Part shown: in pieces, positions 13,480 to 27,789 of the stretch | Layout of the letters: each line of letters starts with the position of its first letter | Position numbering within the stretch: the stretch's first letter is position 1 | Assembly: GCA_964016885.1 (NCBI GenBank) | Contig: OZ024746.1 | Coordinates: forward strand, 90,148,001-90,212,000 | Length of the DNA stretch: 64,000 nucleotides | DNA from: Eledone cirrhosa | Lineage: Eukaryota | Direction: 5' to 3' | The notes under the pieces: model-generated | The model's input: only the letters and a program-made list of their open reading frames with translations | Database searches by the model: none | Told to the model about the DNA's origin: nothing | Program-made: the position numbers and the translations under genes

Positions 13480-13995
13480 AAGCGTTCGCCTCCTCCGCCC
13501 GACCTTTCAAAGATAGTTTGCACTCAGCCCACTTCCACGTCAGCACAAACACCCTGTTCTATTCTTCACCCCACTTCTTCTCCACCTGTAGGTCTGGCCT
13601 GAACCAGACCCCGAGCAACTTCACTGGTCCCTCCGTCCAACGTCCGACGACGCCGCTGGAGGCCATCGGTTTGCCCCTCCACACGCCGAGTTGCAAACCG
13701 ACTGACTTGTCCCTGTTCAGCTTAGCCCCAGTAAACATTTTGTATTCCTCCAGTAAGGTGCCGATCACTCCGATTTCCGAGGCGTTTGACACCATTACTG
13801 TCACGTCAACGTCGTAGGCCGACACCGCTTTCCGCAATCCCGGTTCCAAACGGATGCCCTGTAACAACTCCAACTTCGGCAGCAGTGACTCTATGCCAAT
13901 ACATACAGAAGGGTGGGGATGGAGGGCATACCTGTCGGATGGACCGCGTGATTTAGAACGGCTCCGACAGGAAGCCGTTCACTTTGATCCTGGAG
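13480..13995 (-). mobile_element. Tx1/L1-clade LINE reverse transcriptase fragment, rearranged
   Basis: SAYDVDVTVMV (degenerate AYADD)...TGAKLNRDKS...WTEGPVKLLGVWFRPDLQVEKKW; the same motif occurs at 40384 (WSDEPVKLLGVLFGPDLQMEKNW). Confidence 0.8.
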
Positions 13996-15612
13996 CAGAT
14001 GCGGCTGCTGTGCAGGGCAGTGATCCAGCCCCATATATACATATAAGATAGATTGACTGACAGACTCTGTTATGTACCTGATTTCATTCATATATGAGTG
14101 CCTGCGTATTTCTATATATTTTAGTTTAACAACTATTTGAACGTTTGTCAGTCGACGTTTGCATGTATATTTCAAATTGTGTATGAGTCAGGACTTTTCT
14201 TTTGACAAGTATAAACGTGAGTAAATTGATTGCTCATAATAGGAAAAACTATATTGCGAAAAGGTTTATAAAGATAAATATTTTCTGCACATACATAAAC
14301 ATTGAACGTATCTAGGTTTAGAAAAGTTATAAATTTCTTCCAAACTAATCAAAATATATTACGTGATGTACATATTAATGGCGTATTTATCGACTTAGCT
14401 TACATGTTGTTACTAAGCAGTAGGTAATTTCGCAAATTCATTTCAAAGTATGCATACAGAAGTTGATTCAACGGTTCATCACGTTTATGATTTAAGATAC
14501 TGGGTATCAAGTCATGTTTGTATAAACATTTATATATGTGTGTGTACATGTGTATGCTGTTTTATGTGTTTTGGAGCGTGATTTTCTATATTGGTATTGT
14601 GAGATGTATATTTATTTAGAAGTTTAAATACAGAATATGTAATGAAAATTATAATACCTATAAAAAGATTTAATTTTAACAGAAACATATATTGAATGGG
14701 AAACTTTCTTAGTGAGAATTCATGAAAATTCTGTAAACACCTACACGTAGATGGAAACTTCAACACATTCATAAAGCTGAGGATGCATTTGATATCTCAG
14801 AGGATTTGTAAAAGTAGAAATACATCCTACTATATAAAGAAGTTTAAGAGAAACTTGCGAACGTGTGAACGTATATATTAAACAAACTGTATTTAGTCTT
14901 GCATTGAGTAAGATCGTTTCTCTTTAAAACAATCTTTTTAAGAAACTGGTAATAACCTGCTTCTATCAAGATTTGTGAAGCTTCAACAAAATTGATGGGG
15001 TATTCCCAATCACCGTGTATATAGTAGATACCGCAGTTTACAGAATAAATGTACTTGGACACAAATAGTCAGTTTCTAATTTGCTTAAGAGTATAAACGT
15101 TGGTACAGTGATTGAATTTCATTTGATTTCCTGTAGATTCGTATGAGTCTCAAAATCATCGAAAGGCTGATTGTACTTGGATATATTTGTCATATAAAGT
15201 AATTTTATGAACTTATTAAATACACATGCATATCATAAATCCCATCATATATTAAGATATAACAAAGCCACAGAGTATACCCGCTACTCGATTTTGTTTC
15301 ACTATGACCAATACATTTTATCCGATGGATACAATGAGATCTATTTTTTCTCAGTAAATATGTTTTACGAACACTCATCTAATTTTCATAAAAATCAAAA
15401 CATCCTTAAGAATATCAAATGGTAATTATCTAGGAAAATTGTTGTGGATATACAAAGTATCAAGACAGCAAAACATCAAATCACAGCAAATACAAACTTT
15501 TTGATGTTAAGTATTTGTTGATTCCCTTCATTTTATTTTAGTATTTTACCTTCTAAATTCTTTTTTTATTTGGATTTGGCAAAGACACCCATTTAGAGCT
15601 CGTATACAGGAA

Positions 15613-15724
15613 ACTGATTGGCCAGTCTGCTGATATGCAAATCTGGCTTATCAGTGGATCTGCTAATATGCAGATCTGACTGATCAGCTCGTCTGCTAAT
15701 ATGCAAATCAGGCCGATCAGTCAC
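15613..15724. repeat. 33-bp minisatellite (~3.4 copies) with octamer motifs
   Basis: TCTGCT(G/A)ATATGCA(A/G)ATC at 15626, 15659 and 15692; ATGCAAAT at 15635 and 15701; ATTGG (CCAAT box) at ~15617. Confidence 0.85.
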
Positions 15725-15950
15725 TGTGTATTTTTGAAAGTAGCATATATTTTCACTGGCTCTGACAGTTTGGCAGGTGAACAGTGAGCTGTACTGATTG
15801 AGGGGTGATACCCAGAAAAATTAGTGTCTGCATGACAACACAAGAGCAAGAATGAAGGGTTCATTCTACTGACATGGCTACAAAATTGAGGCTTGTTTGA
15901 GTAATTGCAAACGAATCGAATGTTATTAATATTCGAAAAACTCAGATTAC

Positions 15951-16010
<60 letters not shown>

Positions 16011-16038
16011 TTATATATATACATATATATATATATAT

Positions 16039-16252
16039 ATTTATTAAAATAACAGATTGAAGTTTGATAAAAAAATCGCTGCTTTCACCCTTTGTTAGTT
16101 TAAGAAGATACCGTTAAGGGTGAAAGCAGCGATTCTTTGCTTAAACTTTAATCTGTTATTTTAATAAATATTTGCTCTACGGTTCTTATATATTTGATAA
16201 ATATTTATCCTTATCGAGCCCTCTTTGGATTTTAGTCTTCAAATTCATTATT
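16039..16252. mobile_element. Fold-back element fragment (family I); related copy at 11200-11310
   Basis: Arms ~16039-16092 and ~16116-16172 (AATCGCTGCTTTCACCCTT / AAGGGTGAAAGCAGCGATT); the tail is the reverse complement of 11202-11285; flanked by (TA)n. Confidence 0.7.
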
Positions 16253-16254
16253 AT

Positions 16255-16334
<80 letters not shown>

Positions 16335-16494
16335 AGGCTGTGTAACTTGGAGTTTTTTGTTATACTATTTTAAAGGGTCCGTCGAGCTTCCGTTTATTGA
16401 GTCGGGTAAGATCGATACAGATCGACCCTTGAGCTGATCAGTAGCGAAACGCGCGTCACCTACCAATAAATGTAATGAAGGAGTAACCAATCGT

Positions 16495-16560
<66 letters not shown>

Positions 16561-17216
16561 CGTTTATTTGGAATCGTGTGTTGAAATGTAAATTTTTATA
16601 TTTTGCAAGATCATGTTGCACAGAAAGTTACAATATCTATCTCTACTTGAGTGTGTGTATGTTTATGTGTGTGTGTATATGTGTGTGGGGTCGCGTCAGT
16701 GTGTACGTGAGGGTGTGTGTGTGTCAGTGTGTACGTGAATGTGTGTGTGTTTGTGTATGTTTCATACGCCCCTTAGTGTACATATATGCCCGTCTTTATA
16801 AAGACATTCATACGTGAACACATACAGAATAACATTCACACACACCTTGGTATATCAAACACAGATATCAGAAACGTAGAATGGATTAACTGAAACAAAA
16901 CCGGAAGTACTAAAGAGATGCAAAGGAAGAAAATAGACAGAGAAAAGATCAGCGTGTGTCGAAAGTAACTGTCAGTTAATTAGATAACAGACCCATATAT
17001 GAGAAACGAAGTCATATCTTGGTGTGCATACATACACAGTAATATACATGCATACATGCATGTATATATACATGCATATAGACATACATACATATATACA
17101 TATATGCATGCATATACACATACATATATACATATTTATTACTATGTACATATATATATATATACTAGAATAAATTGTAGATACATATAGATATACAGGT
17201 TTAGATAAGTATACAT

Positions 17217-17271
<55 letters not shown>

Positions 17272-17279
<8 letters not shown>

Positions 17280-17805
17280 AGGTTGTTTTTACAAAATGAA
17301 AACAAAAACAGTCGAACATGTGACAAGAGACTTTTTAAGAATATTTATTTGGTTCATTTACCGGTTTCGCAGTTCTTGTGCTTTTCAAAAGTAGAATTGA
17401 GATGTAGGGTTTGTGGTTTTTCTCGTATCAGATGCGAGAAAATATAAACTATAATAAAGTAAGAAGCGCGGGACTGCGTACGTTTTATAATTTTGTATCC
17501 CCTTAGTAAAGTAAGTTGGATTACTTTGAATAAAAAATGAATGAATATTACATAATGTATGTACTAGATTTCGTGGCTAAGGGGATAAACAATTATAAAA
17601 CTTACGCTGTCCCGCGCTTTTTACTTTATTATAATTTAGATTTTCTCGCATCTGATGCGAGAAAAAACCACAAAAACTCCATCTCAATTCTACTTTTGAA
17701 AAGCACAAGAACTGCGAAACCGGTAAATGAACCAAATAAATATTCTTAAAAAGTCTCCAGTTGCATTTTCGACTGTTTTTGTTTTCATTTTGTAAAAATA
17801 ACCTG
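17272..17805. mobile_element. Inverted repeat of PLE-associated terminal sequence (family F)
   Basis: 17272-17503 is inverted relative to 17577-17805. The family (CTTTTCAAAAGTAGAATTGAGATG) recurs at 54330-54900, 59420-59600 and 62100-62420, with a fragment at 21045-21116. Confidence 0.8.
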
Positions 17806-18799
17806 TATTTTGCAGTCTTGATACTTTGAAACAACCAAATAAATATACATATATATCTGTCTTCTAATGCATTTTATATATAATATTGCCTTTTTTTAAT
17901 GTATCATGGATTACGTTACTGATTACATAAGACTGTAACAGATAAAATATAAGATTTGATATGCGACATACCGCTACGATTTTGATTATTCAATTCCAAT
18001 AGTGCCAGTGATTTATTTCACTAACCCTCAAAGTTTTTATACCACAAATAATATGATAAACCTAGAGAAGAAGAGGACGTAGAGGAAGGTAGAAATATAG
18101 AAGGGTGTTGAGAGGGAAGATGTAAAGAAAAAGAAAAAAGAAGACAAATAAACAAATAAATAAATAAATAAATAAATGAATAAAAGAAGAAAAAAATATA
18201 AGATAAAAAAGGGACTAAAAACAGAAGAAAGGGAAGATGTGGGAAGAAAACAGAACAAATAGAAGGGGAATAAAAAAAACGAAGAAAAGGAAAAGGATAG
18301 GATAAAATAGAGGGGAGAATAAAAAAAAACCGTTGTATTCAAAGACAAAATTAGAAATTAAATTTATTTTCATATTTATCAGTGAATATCGCTTGTATTG
18401 GATTACGCTTTAGTTAATTAAAGTTAATTATAAGTTTATATTCTATCCAGATTATTAGGCATACATTACTTTTTTATGGCAATCAAATATTTAAGTTAAT
18501 TACAAATGTATATGTTTAAATTAATTTAATTTAATTTAGCTCATTCTGGATTATTATAATTTTTTTATTATAATGTAAGATATTAATATTATACTACAAC
18601 TTTAAACGAATTTATCTTTAAAGAACAATAACATCAAATACTCCATCTCTTGGAGGAAATTACGGTTGGCTACACCCTACCGGCACTCAACAATCTCAGA
18701 ATTTTGTCATCTTTGCAATGAAGAATATTCTTCACATAATCACAAACTATGACAATTTAATCAACAAAAAAATGAATTATTTAGTAATTGTCATCATAA

Positions 18800-19445
18800 A
18801 ATTGGTAAATCTTTCCAAGCAATGTACCAGTTCCCCAAAAATAAGGACGAATAACAACTTAAATATATGTAAATATTGCCTAATTGAAGTAATAACTTAT
18901 AGATATTTATATCTAATAGAATAACCTCATTGTGAGTTTGTTTATCCTATGTTTGATTAGAATATTTCAATATTTAATTAGACATAGATAAATGGAAAGC
19001 GACAATTAAAACAGCTGTCCCCTGCTTTGAAGATGACCGGAAGACAGCCGCTGAAGACAAACATCAAAGAAGGAACTGGCCGACACCGAAACACCAACTG
19101 ACCAAATGGTGGTGATATTTTAAGAATCTTAAACTATCTATTGTATATACCCTAATTGCTGTCTCATTAAGTATTGAATTATCCTAATCAAAGCATAGGA
19201 TAAAAAAAAACTCACAATGAGGTTATTCTATTACATATAAATACCTATAAGTTATTACTTCAAATAGGCAAAATTTATATATATTTAAGTTGTTATTTGT
19301 CCTTATTTTTTTTTTAACTGGTACATTGTCTGGAAAGCATTTATTAATATTTTGAGTAATATTAAATACTCCAGGAAAATAAACTGTCGAGTGCCTCTAA
19401 TCTATTGCAAAATTGTATTCGTTGAATAATCTGGGAACCAAATTA
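18800..19445. mobile_element. Diverged inverted repeat (family D-like) with an RTE fragment in the spacer
   Basis: ~18800-18985 is inverted relative to ~19160-19345; spacer 18990-19110 matches the reverse complement of 25232-25352; the tail carries TACTCC...GTCGAGTGC. Confidence 0.7.
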
Positions 19446-19452
19446 ATCTTTG

Positions 19453-19497
<45 letters not shown>

Positions 19498-19959
19498 ATG
19501 TATACAATCAACGTGTCTGTGCGTCTGTGGAGATGTGTATAGCTGAGATTTCCCTCATATAAAGCAAACAAAAGACCGTATACTTCGATTGTTCTGCTCC
19601 ATTGCTTTTTCCATGGAGTATCACGAAAGGGAATCAAATATGCAATATTAAAAGCTTCCCTCTATTTTTTTTCACTTTTGAAATTTAGACTTTTTAGTAT
19701 TTATCTCATTTTAAAAGCATTTTAATCCGTTCCTCTTTCACATTTATTTATGTGCCTTATTTTATTTAACTCTTATTGTTAGAGGATTTTATCTATTTTT
19801 CACTTTTTTTTTGTCTTCTTAAATTTTCTGGCATACGCTCTTAATGCTTCATTTATCACTGTTAATTTTAATCAGTTTGACGTATTTGAAAGTATTATAT
19901 TATCCAGTACAGATATTATTCGCCCTCATATATATATATATACTTCTGAGCATATATGA

Positions 19960-20025
<66 letters not shown>

Positions 20026-20095
20026 TTAGATATATATACATATATATTTGTTTTGCTAGGTTTTTGATACAATATGACCTTCCCCTTGTATTACA

Positions 20096-20137
<42 letters not shown>

Positions 20138-20175
20138 CGCTCACTATCTCTCTCTTTCTCCCTATCTATCTCCCC

Positions 20176-20223
<48 letters not shown>

Positions 20224-20227
20224 GTAG

Positions 20228-20355
<128 letters not shown>

Positions 20356-20957
20356 CTTATTTTTCGTCTTACAATATTTACTATTAACTTATCGAAATGA
20401 TTTTTTTTACTGCAATTCTCCTCCACTATTTATTTGTCTTTCACTGTCTCTTTATCGCATTTTCTCTCTTCCATTCACCCCAGCCCCTCTGTTTCTTTCA
20501 TTTAATTTATCACAGAAAAATGTAGAGTTATACAAATCTATATAAGACTCATTTTGTGTTTTTAACATTTTACTTTACTTTCTTTCTTCATCTTTTTTAG
20601 GATTAATGTTGTTTTTCTTGTTCAGGTAAAAAGCATTTTCCTCACTGTCTAAATATCTGTGTATATGTGTTTCAATGTAGCATAATAGATAAACACATAC
20701 ACAAATACAGACATTCGTACATATTCATACGTTAATACTATAAATCCGCATTTATAACTTATATATATATATATGCATCCAGAAACCTGCATGCACTCAA
20801 TTCCAAACGAACACACACGTATGGTAACACACTTACATATGACTCCATAAACATTCATACACAAACATGTCTACATATACACAAGCTCAGATACACACAC
20901 CTCCCCGCCACGCAAATGCTCCCACTCATATATATATACACACATATATATATAGCG

Positions 20958-21047
<90 letters not shown>

Positions 21048-21113
21048 GTTATTAGAAAGTGAGATTTTTTTTAACAAAATGAAAAATAACCGAGGTGTCC
21101 TACACGAGTGAAA

Positions 21114-21196
<83 letters not shown>

Positions 21197-21610
21197 CATA
21201 GGCAGATTGTTTACAAGAGGCAGAACAATGTATGCGCATTTGTTGTATAGATATGGTGAGATTACATGTAAGAATTACGATTTAATTTTAGGCGTAGCCG
21301 ATTTTAGACATCTATTAATTGATAGATTAGAAAACGAATAAATATGAATGTGATACATGGTGCAACTTTGCACATTTTACACACTTAGACATCGGGCTTG
21401 TCATACCTTTGTATCTAGGCCCAGGAAATTGTACCTGTCTAAATGTGAATCATGAGCGGAAAGCAGTGATTCTTCAAAGAATGAGACATAACACTCTTCA
21501 TCGTATTTACGGTAAAGAGGTGTTAGAAAGAGATCAAGATTGAGTGTAAAATATAATATCTCCTCAGATTTCACATGCAATAGATGAATAGAAACTGATA
21601 TTTTAATTTC

Positions 21611-21757
21611 TTTCCAGCATAGTTACGTCCCGTTACGGTCTGAGTTCAAATCCCGCCGAGGTTCATTTTGCCCTTCATCCTTACGGGGTCGATAAAATAA
21701 AGTACCAGTAATGTACTGGGTAATTGCTGGCCTTGTGCCAAACGTAGAAACAGTTAT
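21611..21757 (+). mobile_element. 5'-truncated SINE (main family)
   Basis: Near-identical to 7660-7803. Confidence 0.85.
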
Positions 21758-22614
21758 TTTAATTTCTTTCGTTTGTTGTGAGGACAAAATGGAGTAAAAC
21801 ATAAGAAGGGGCGGAAAAAGACATAAGTAAATGATAAACGCATATATATATATATATATATACAAAATATATATATATATATATATATATAATGTATATA
21901 TATATATGGATATATATATATTGGCTGTGCAGGTGTGCATGTGTGGGGGTACTTATTCAAAAATCGATTTGACCCGTATCGATATCGAAAGTGTGTCGTC
22001 GATACCGCCGCGTATTGAACCCGATACATTGGGATCTCAAAAGGAACTTTTTAAAACTTGGTTCTCTAAGGAAAACAATGTACAAGTTATAACGCACAAG
22101 AAAGAAAACTGTTCACGCATGCATTTATTTGATTTATTGTTTTATATATCTTTCTTATTATTCGTACAGATGCGTACGTATCGTTCTTCAGTAATTTGCT
22201 GTTGCGTTAATGTTATCCCCTCAACTTGCGTTCTGTTTATATCTAGAGTCCTTCCTCACGGCCGCTTTTAAGGTTAATTTGATTTAATTATATTTTAATT
22301 TAAGTATATAGTAGGAATTTAATGTGCTGATAATGAAATCCATTGCAGAGATGCTTAAACTGTGTGATCGAAGAAGAAATGTGAGGAATAAACACAGGAA
22401 AATTAAGAAAGAAATAATCTCTTAAATACCAAATATATTGAAAACGATATCTAATGCTTAGTAAAAAAGAAAATATGCTGCCTATATGATTATATATGCC
22501 GGTTTGTCACTGTGTGTGGGAATAACTGTCATAGTTGTACTCTATGTTTCTATATATCTAAATTCTACTATTAAGTGTTTAATATGTTAATATATATTGA
22601 CAAGGGTGAGCTCT

Positions 22615-22757
22615 CTTCTTCTTCTTCTTCTTCTTCTTCTTCTTCTTCTTCTTCTTCTTCTTCTTCTTCTTCTTCTTCTTCTTTTTCTTCTTCTTCTTCT
22701 TCTTCTTCTTCTTCTTCTTCTTCTTCTTCTTCTTCTTCTTCTTCTTCTTCTTCTTCT
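22615..22757. repeat. (TTC)n / (GAA)n microsatellite, possibly the tail of an adjacent minus-strand LINE 3' end (~22758-23010)
   Basis: About 47 triplets; minus-strand upstream sequence includes ...TCCTGGAGACGCACC (SWRRT-like) and GAGCGTGTTTGAGGCCTTTGG, resembling RTE 3' ends. Confidence 0.75.
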
Positions 22758-23094
22758 AGGAGGGTCGTGCAACCAAAGGCCTCAAACACGCTCCATCCCA
22801 AAGCAAGTGAAGCCAGGTTCATGGTTGAAATCTTGCTTGAAGTCTAACCCTTGCTTTCCAGTCAGTTTCGTTTGTCCGTAAAATATATCCAACGATTATT
22901 TCCTTAGATATTTTAAACACATGCCCATAGTATCAGAGCTATGATCTTTCCATTTGGAGAGGTGCGTCTCCAGGAGTAGTGACTCTCTGATCTCGAGGTT
23001 TGTTCAATAACATTTGTTTTTTTTTTAAAACAGGAGTAAGCATGAAAAATCACTCCACATCGTAGTGTGTAGTTACGATGGAGATTCAGTATAA

Positions 23095-23281
23095 TAATTG
23101 TTTCTACTTTTGGCACATGGCCAGCAATTATACCAGTGCATGACTGGTACTTTATTTTACCGACCCCGTAACGATGAAAGGCAAAGTTAACCACGGCGGT
23201 TTTTGAACTCAGAATGGCAAGGGCCGTTACACTATGCACCAAAGCATGGCATCCGACCCTCTACGGATACTGCCAATCCAC
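23095..23281 (-). mobile_element. SINE (main family, diverged)
   Basis: Reverse complement of the 7626 copy with more mismatches. Confidence 0.8.
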
Positions 23282-23337
23282 CACCCTTGCATTCACTATA
23301 ATAATAACATTAAGATAGATGCTGATGTTATAAATGA

Positions 23338-23467
<130 letters not shown>

Positions 23468-23715
23468 TGTGTATGTCTGTGTGTGGGTGTATGTATCTGT
23501 GTCTATGTATATATATATATGTAGGCATAGAAATGATGACTGATAGAGATGTAGCATTTGGGTGAACAGGAAGCGATGTCTAGAAACATAATACAGCGTC
23601 TGTCTAAATTGCATTTAATCCAACTGGCACACGCCCATGCGCATCCCCATACAAATCTCATTTCAGCCTCACGCATACAGACACGCACACAGTAATGCAT
23701 ACATACACACGTACA

Positions 23716-23789
<74 letters not shown>

Positions 23790-23790
23790 C

Positions 23791-23898
<108 letters not shown>

Positions 23899-23913
23899 GT
23901 TTATTTATATGTT

Positions 23914-23948
<35 letters not shown>

Positions 23949-24914
23949 ATATATATATGTGTATATAAACATATATATATACACACACACACACATATAT
24001 ATATATATAAATAATGATATCTACTATCTGAGAGGAGAAAAGAGACTGCAAAATCGACTGAAAGTCAGTGGCTTAATTGCACGTAACCGTAAAATATATA
24101 AAACATTTCTTTGTGCTGCTTAGTTTGATGGAGCAGAAAATGTAGCTTCTATTGTTCAAAGGAGGATTATGAAATTTTTAATTGATTGCCTGTGTGATGA
24201 CCGCTTTATTTGAATATTTCCTTTTATACACCATGGCTTTATATAGATGATTTGTTTTCGTTTCGTTCGTTATTTTCGTTGTTGTTGCTGTACGCATCTT
24301 GATTTCAAATATTGTTTTTTTCTCTTGCCTTTGAAATTCTTATTATTCTCTCATGAAATATAACAGATTTTCCTTTCTCAATATTTCTAAATTTTAAAAT
24401 ATTTTCATTTTTTTCAGATATGTATGAGGTTTTGCTTTGCTTTCTAAATTCACCCCGAATCTCATGATCATTATCTTCACCATAGGCATTATCATCTTCA
24501 TTTTATGCTCAACCGCATCGCTTCAAAGAGCATCTTCCCCACATACATCACACATTGCACCAATAACAGCACAAATATATAGCACACTGCCATTATGACT
24601 CCAAATAGAACACTAACAATTAAGGCAAAACCACATCTACAACAAAAATCTAAAATCCTCAAACTGACATCACATTCTTTTTCAAATAAATCAGTAAAAT
24701 AACCACCATTTTTATGATCTTCATTCAATGAAAATTAACATAATTGCAACCATCATCATCATATTTGTCAATGTTACCTTCTCCATCAATGGACTAACAT
24801 AGAAACAGAAATATTCCTCAAAATATTCCTCAAATACAAAACTTTACATTTCTTAAAATCTCTTTCATAATCAAAATTCTCGGTATTATGGTTGCAAAAT
24901 GGGCGTTGAATTTG

Positions 24915-25091
24915 CTGCATCAGTAGAATGTCGGATGACATGTTTTCCAGCGTAGTTACGTCCCTTTACGGTCTGAGTTCAAATCCCTTCCATGCTAACT
25001 TTACCTTTCCTCCTTACGGGGTCGATAACATAAGTACCAGTAATAAACTGGGATAATTGCTGGCCTTGTGCCAAACGTAGAAACAATTATT
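24915..25091 (+). mobile_element. SINE (main family)
   Basis: GAGTTCAAATCCC...GGGGTCGATAACATAAGTACCAGT...GTAGAAACAATTAT. Confidence 0.8.
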
Positions 25092-25119
25092 ATGGTTACA
25101 AAATGAATGATGTATTCTT

Positions 25120-26225
25120 CGCTTCCAAACATCAGTGGGAGTTGTTCTGCTCCGTGTGGTGGCAGCCTCTGAGGTGGCCTTAGAAGACAATTCTGGACCT
25201 GCGGGCACTGGTACAGTTGGGGCAGGTGTACATTTGATCAGTTGATGGTTGGATGTCGGCCAGCTATCCTTTTTTGATGTTTGTCTTCAGTGGCTGTCTT
25301 CCGGTCCTCTCCAAAGCAGGTGGCAGCTGTTTTAATGGTCGCTTTTCATTTCTCTATGTCCTCTGCAAGCTGTTCCCATTCCGTGTGATCAATATGGACA
25401 TGGAACAGCTAGCGCTAGAGTTGGCCCTTGAAGCGTTTTCGGAGGTCCTCTTGGTTTCGATTGCCTTGACATAGTTCGCCGTAGAAAACTGCATTTGGCA
25501 TCCTAAAGTCATTCATGCGTGGGTCATTACCTATTCAGTTGAGCTGTTCATCAACATGCTTGTGATATCGGGCCCTCTAGAGAACATCGTCGTTTGTTAC
25601 ATATTCCTGCCAACGTATTTCCATGAAGAAGCATAGGCATCGCTGAATCTTTCCAGTAGATTGATCTGCTTCTGATAGCTTTCAGGTCCGTTCCGTAGAG
25701 GAGGGTAGTGACTACAACAGCTTTGTAGACTTTAATCTTTGTGGTGACGGGCAGAGAGTGGTTCGGCGACACGTGTTTCTGAACTGAGGAGGTGCCCATC
25801 CATGTTAATCTCCAGTGGGTGGTATTCTTTATTTGTTGGCTTCTGGCCCATGACTTCCGTTTTCTTCAGGCTAATGGTCAGATCAAAGGCTTTGGTTGCC
25901 CGAGCAAAGCAGCTGACGGTTCCCTGGATATCTTCTATGTGAGTCTATTGGCACAGTCGTCTGCAAACAGCAGACCCTGGATCAATTCATCTAGTGTTTT
26001 GGTGCGGGCGAGCTGTCGTCGCAAGTTGTACAAACTCTCATCAGTACGGAACCGGATGTAAATGCCCTCCCACAAGGAGGGCATTTACACGGGGCAAGGA
26101 CACACCCCGATTTCACGCCATTCTCGATGGAGAATAGAACGGCGAGACCACCAATATTGCCCCTGCTGACCTGTGTTGAGTTGCTGGAGCATGAACAGGA
26201 AAGTTAGCGGACATCCAACGTTTGG
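25120..26225 (-). mobile_element. RTE-clade LINE fragment (RT and C-terminus), frameshifted
   Basis: Motifs NGVKSGCVLAP, GLLFADDCA, TKIKVYKAVVVTTLLYG and PNAVFYGELCQG. Confidence 0.85.
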
Positions 26226-26348
26226 TTTGATCTAAACGAATTATCGAAATCAATAGCTATCATATATCAACAACATCAAGAAAATCACTCATATCACAAG
26301 TGTTTGAACCAGTGGCATGACAATACTGTTCACCGTAATTATTATCGT

Positions 26349-26427
26349 TAGGGATCGATAACATAAAGCACCAGTAATGCACTGGTGTAATTGCTGGATT
26401 TGTGCCAACAGAACAAACAATTATTAT
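26349..26427 (+). mobile_element. SINE 3' fragment
   Basis: GGGATCGATAACATAAAGCACCAGTAATGCACTGG...AATTGCTGG...TGTGCC. Confidence 0.65.
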
Positions 26428-27359
26428 CCTTAAAACCACAGCTGCCATCATTAATTATATCATCCATCATCGTCACGTCCATCGATGTCATTCTTATCGT
26501 AGACGTCCGCCTCTTCATTATGTTCATCAACATTGCCATAGACAGAATTTTCCGTATCATCCCCATTAACCTCTTCATCATCAGCAGCGGCAAGAGCTCC
26601 AACAACTACACAAAGTCAGCGTGAACAGCAACATCATTTTCATTTTTATCATTTGTCGCCTATTTCTCCATTCCAAACATCCTCGTATTGAAGAAAATAA
26701 TATTAATTGATTTCGTATTCGCTTGTTAAGTACACGAATACATAATCAGAAAGTTTGACTGGAAGGCATATCATTTAATTGAAAGACAAATATAGTTATA
26801 TCAGTCTTACATTCTAAATATAAACACATATAAATAGATAATCAACATTGCACACATACACACACGCACACACACACCCACACACACACACTCACACTCA
26901 CACACACACACACTCATACACCCACACAAACAGACACATACACGCACACATGCACGGGTGTCTGTATGTATATGTTTGTCTATAGATACTTATGTGTGAA
27001 TGGTTTTTATAAGTGTCATTGCATTAATGTCTATATTTCTCTAAATCTAGATTATTTTCAATGAATCCCTGTTTTTTAAAATTCCTTGGCATGCTCTGCA
27101 CCCATCCTAATACCAACCTACCCCAACCTACAGAATAAGTATAAATGCCACCATACCACAATGACAGTTGGCTTTCCTCATCATTTTCTTCGAATGAAAC
27201 GGTTCTAGCCTTGTAGAAGCCATTTCTATATTACAAGTTGTATACAGTCTTCTATATATTGAGTACCTTACTTACTGTGGTTACCTACGATTGAACCCGG
27301 GATACACATACACACACACACACACACAGACAAACACACCCACACACACACACACACAA

Positions 27360-27430
<71 letters not shown>

Positions 27431-27789
27431 TGAGTGTGTATGCGTGAATGTGTGATTGTCTGTATATGTGTGTGTGTAAAGGTTTTGTCCTTGAGAAAGA
27501 CAATATATTTTAACTGTAGAAATGAGTTGCCTATCTCTTGCATAACGCCATTGGCGTGAAGGGAGGAGTATGGTATGTATTTCGCGAATGGTGGTTTTCC
27601 ATAACCAACTTTGCCCGGAGTTTGCCTTATACGGGGAATCCTGTAGGCACGAATCCTACGGTCATTCTTAACCGAATGATTTCTACGTTTTAATTTTTTA
27701 TCTGTGTGTGTATATATATATATATATATTTACGCTATCTTTATTATATAGTATAACAGTATATATATACATATATATATATATAAACT

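Noticed and set aside
15613-15724. 33-bp repeat as a CRISPR array
   Set aside because: Eukaryotic context, the intervening parts are similar to one another rather than unique spacers, and there are no cas genes.
16420-16462. HHR ending in GAAACGCGCGTC
   Set aside because: Stems II and III are plausible, but the CUGANGA box is absent (CCCTTGA) and stem I does not pair; counted only as decayed.
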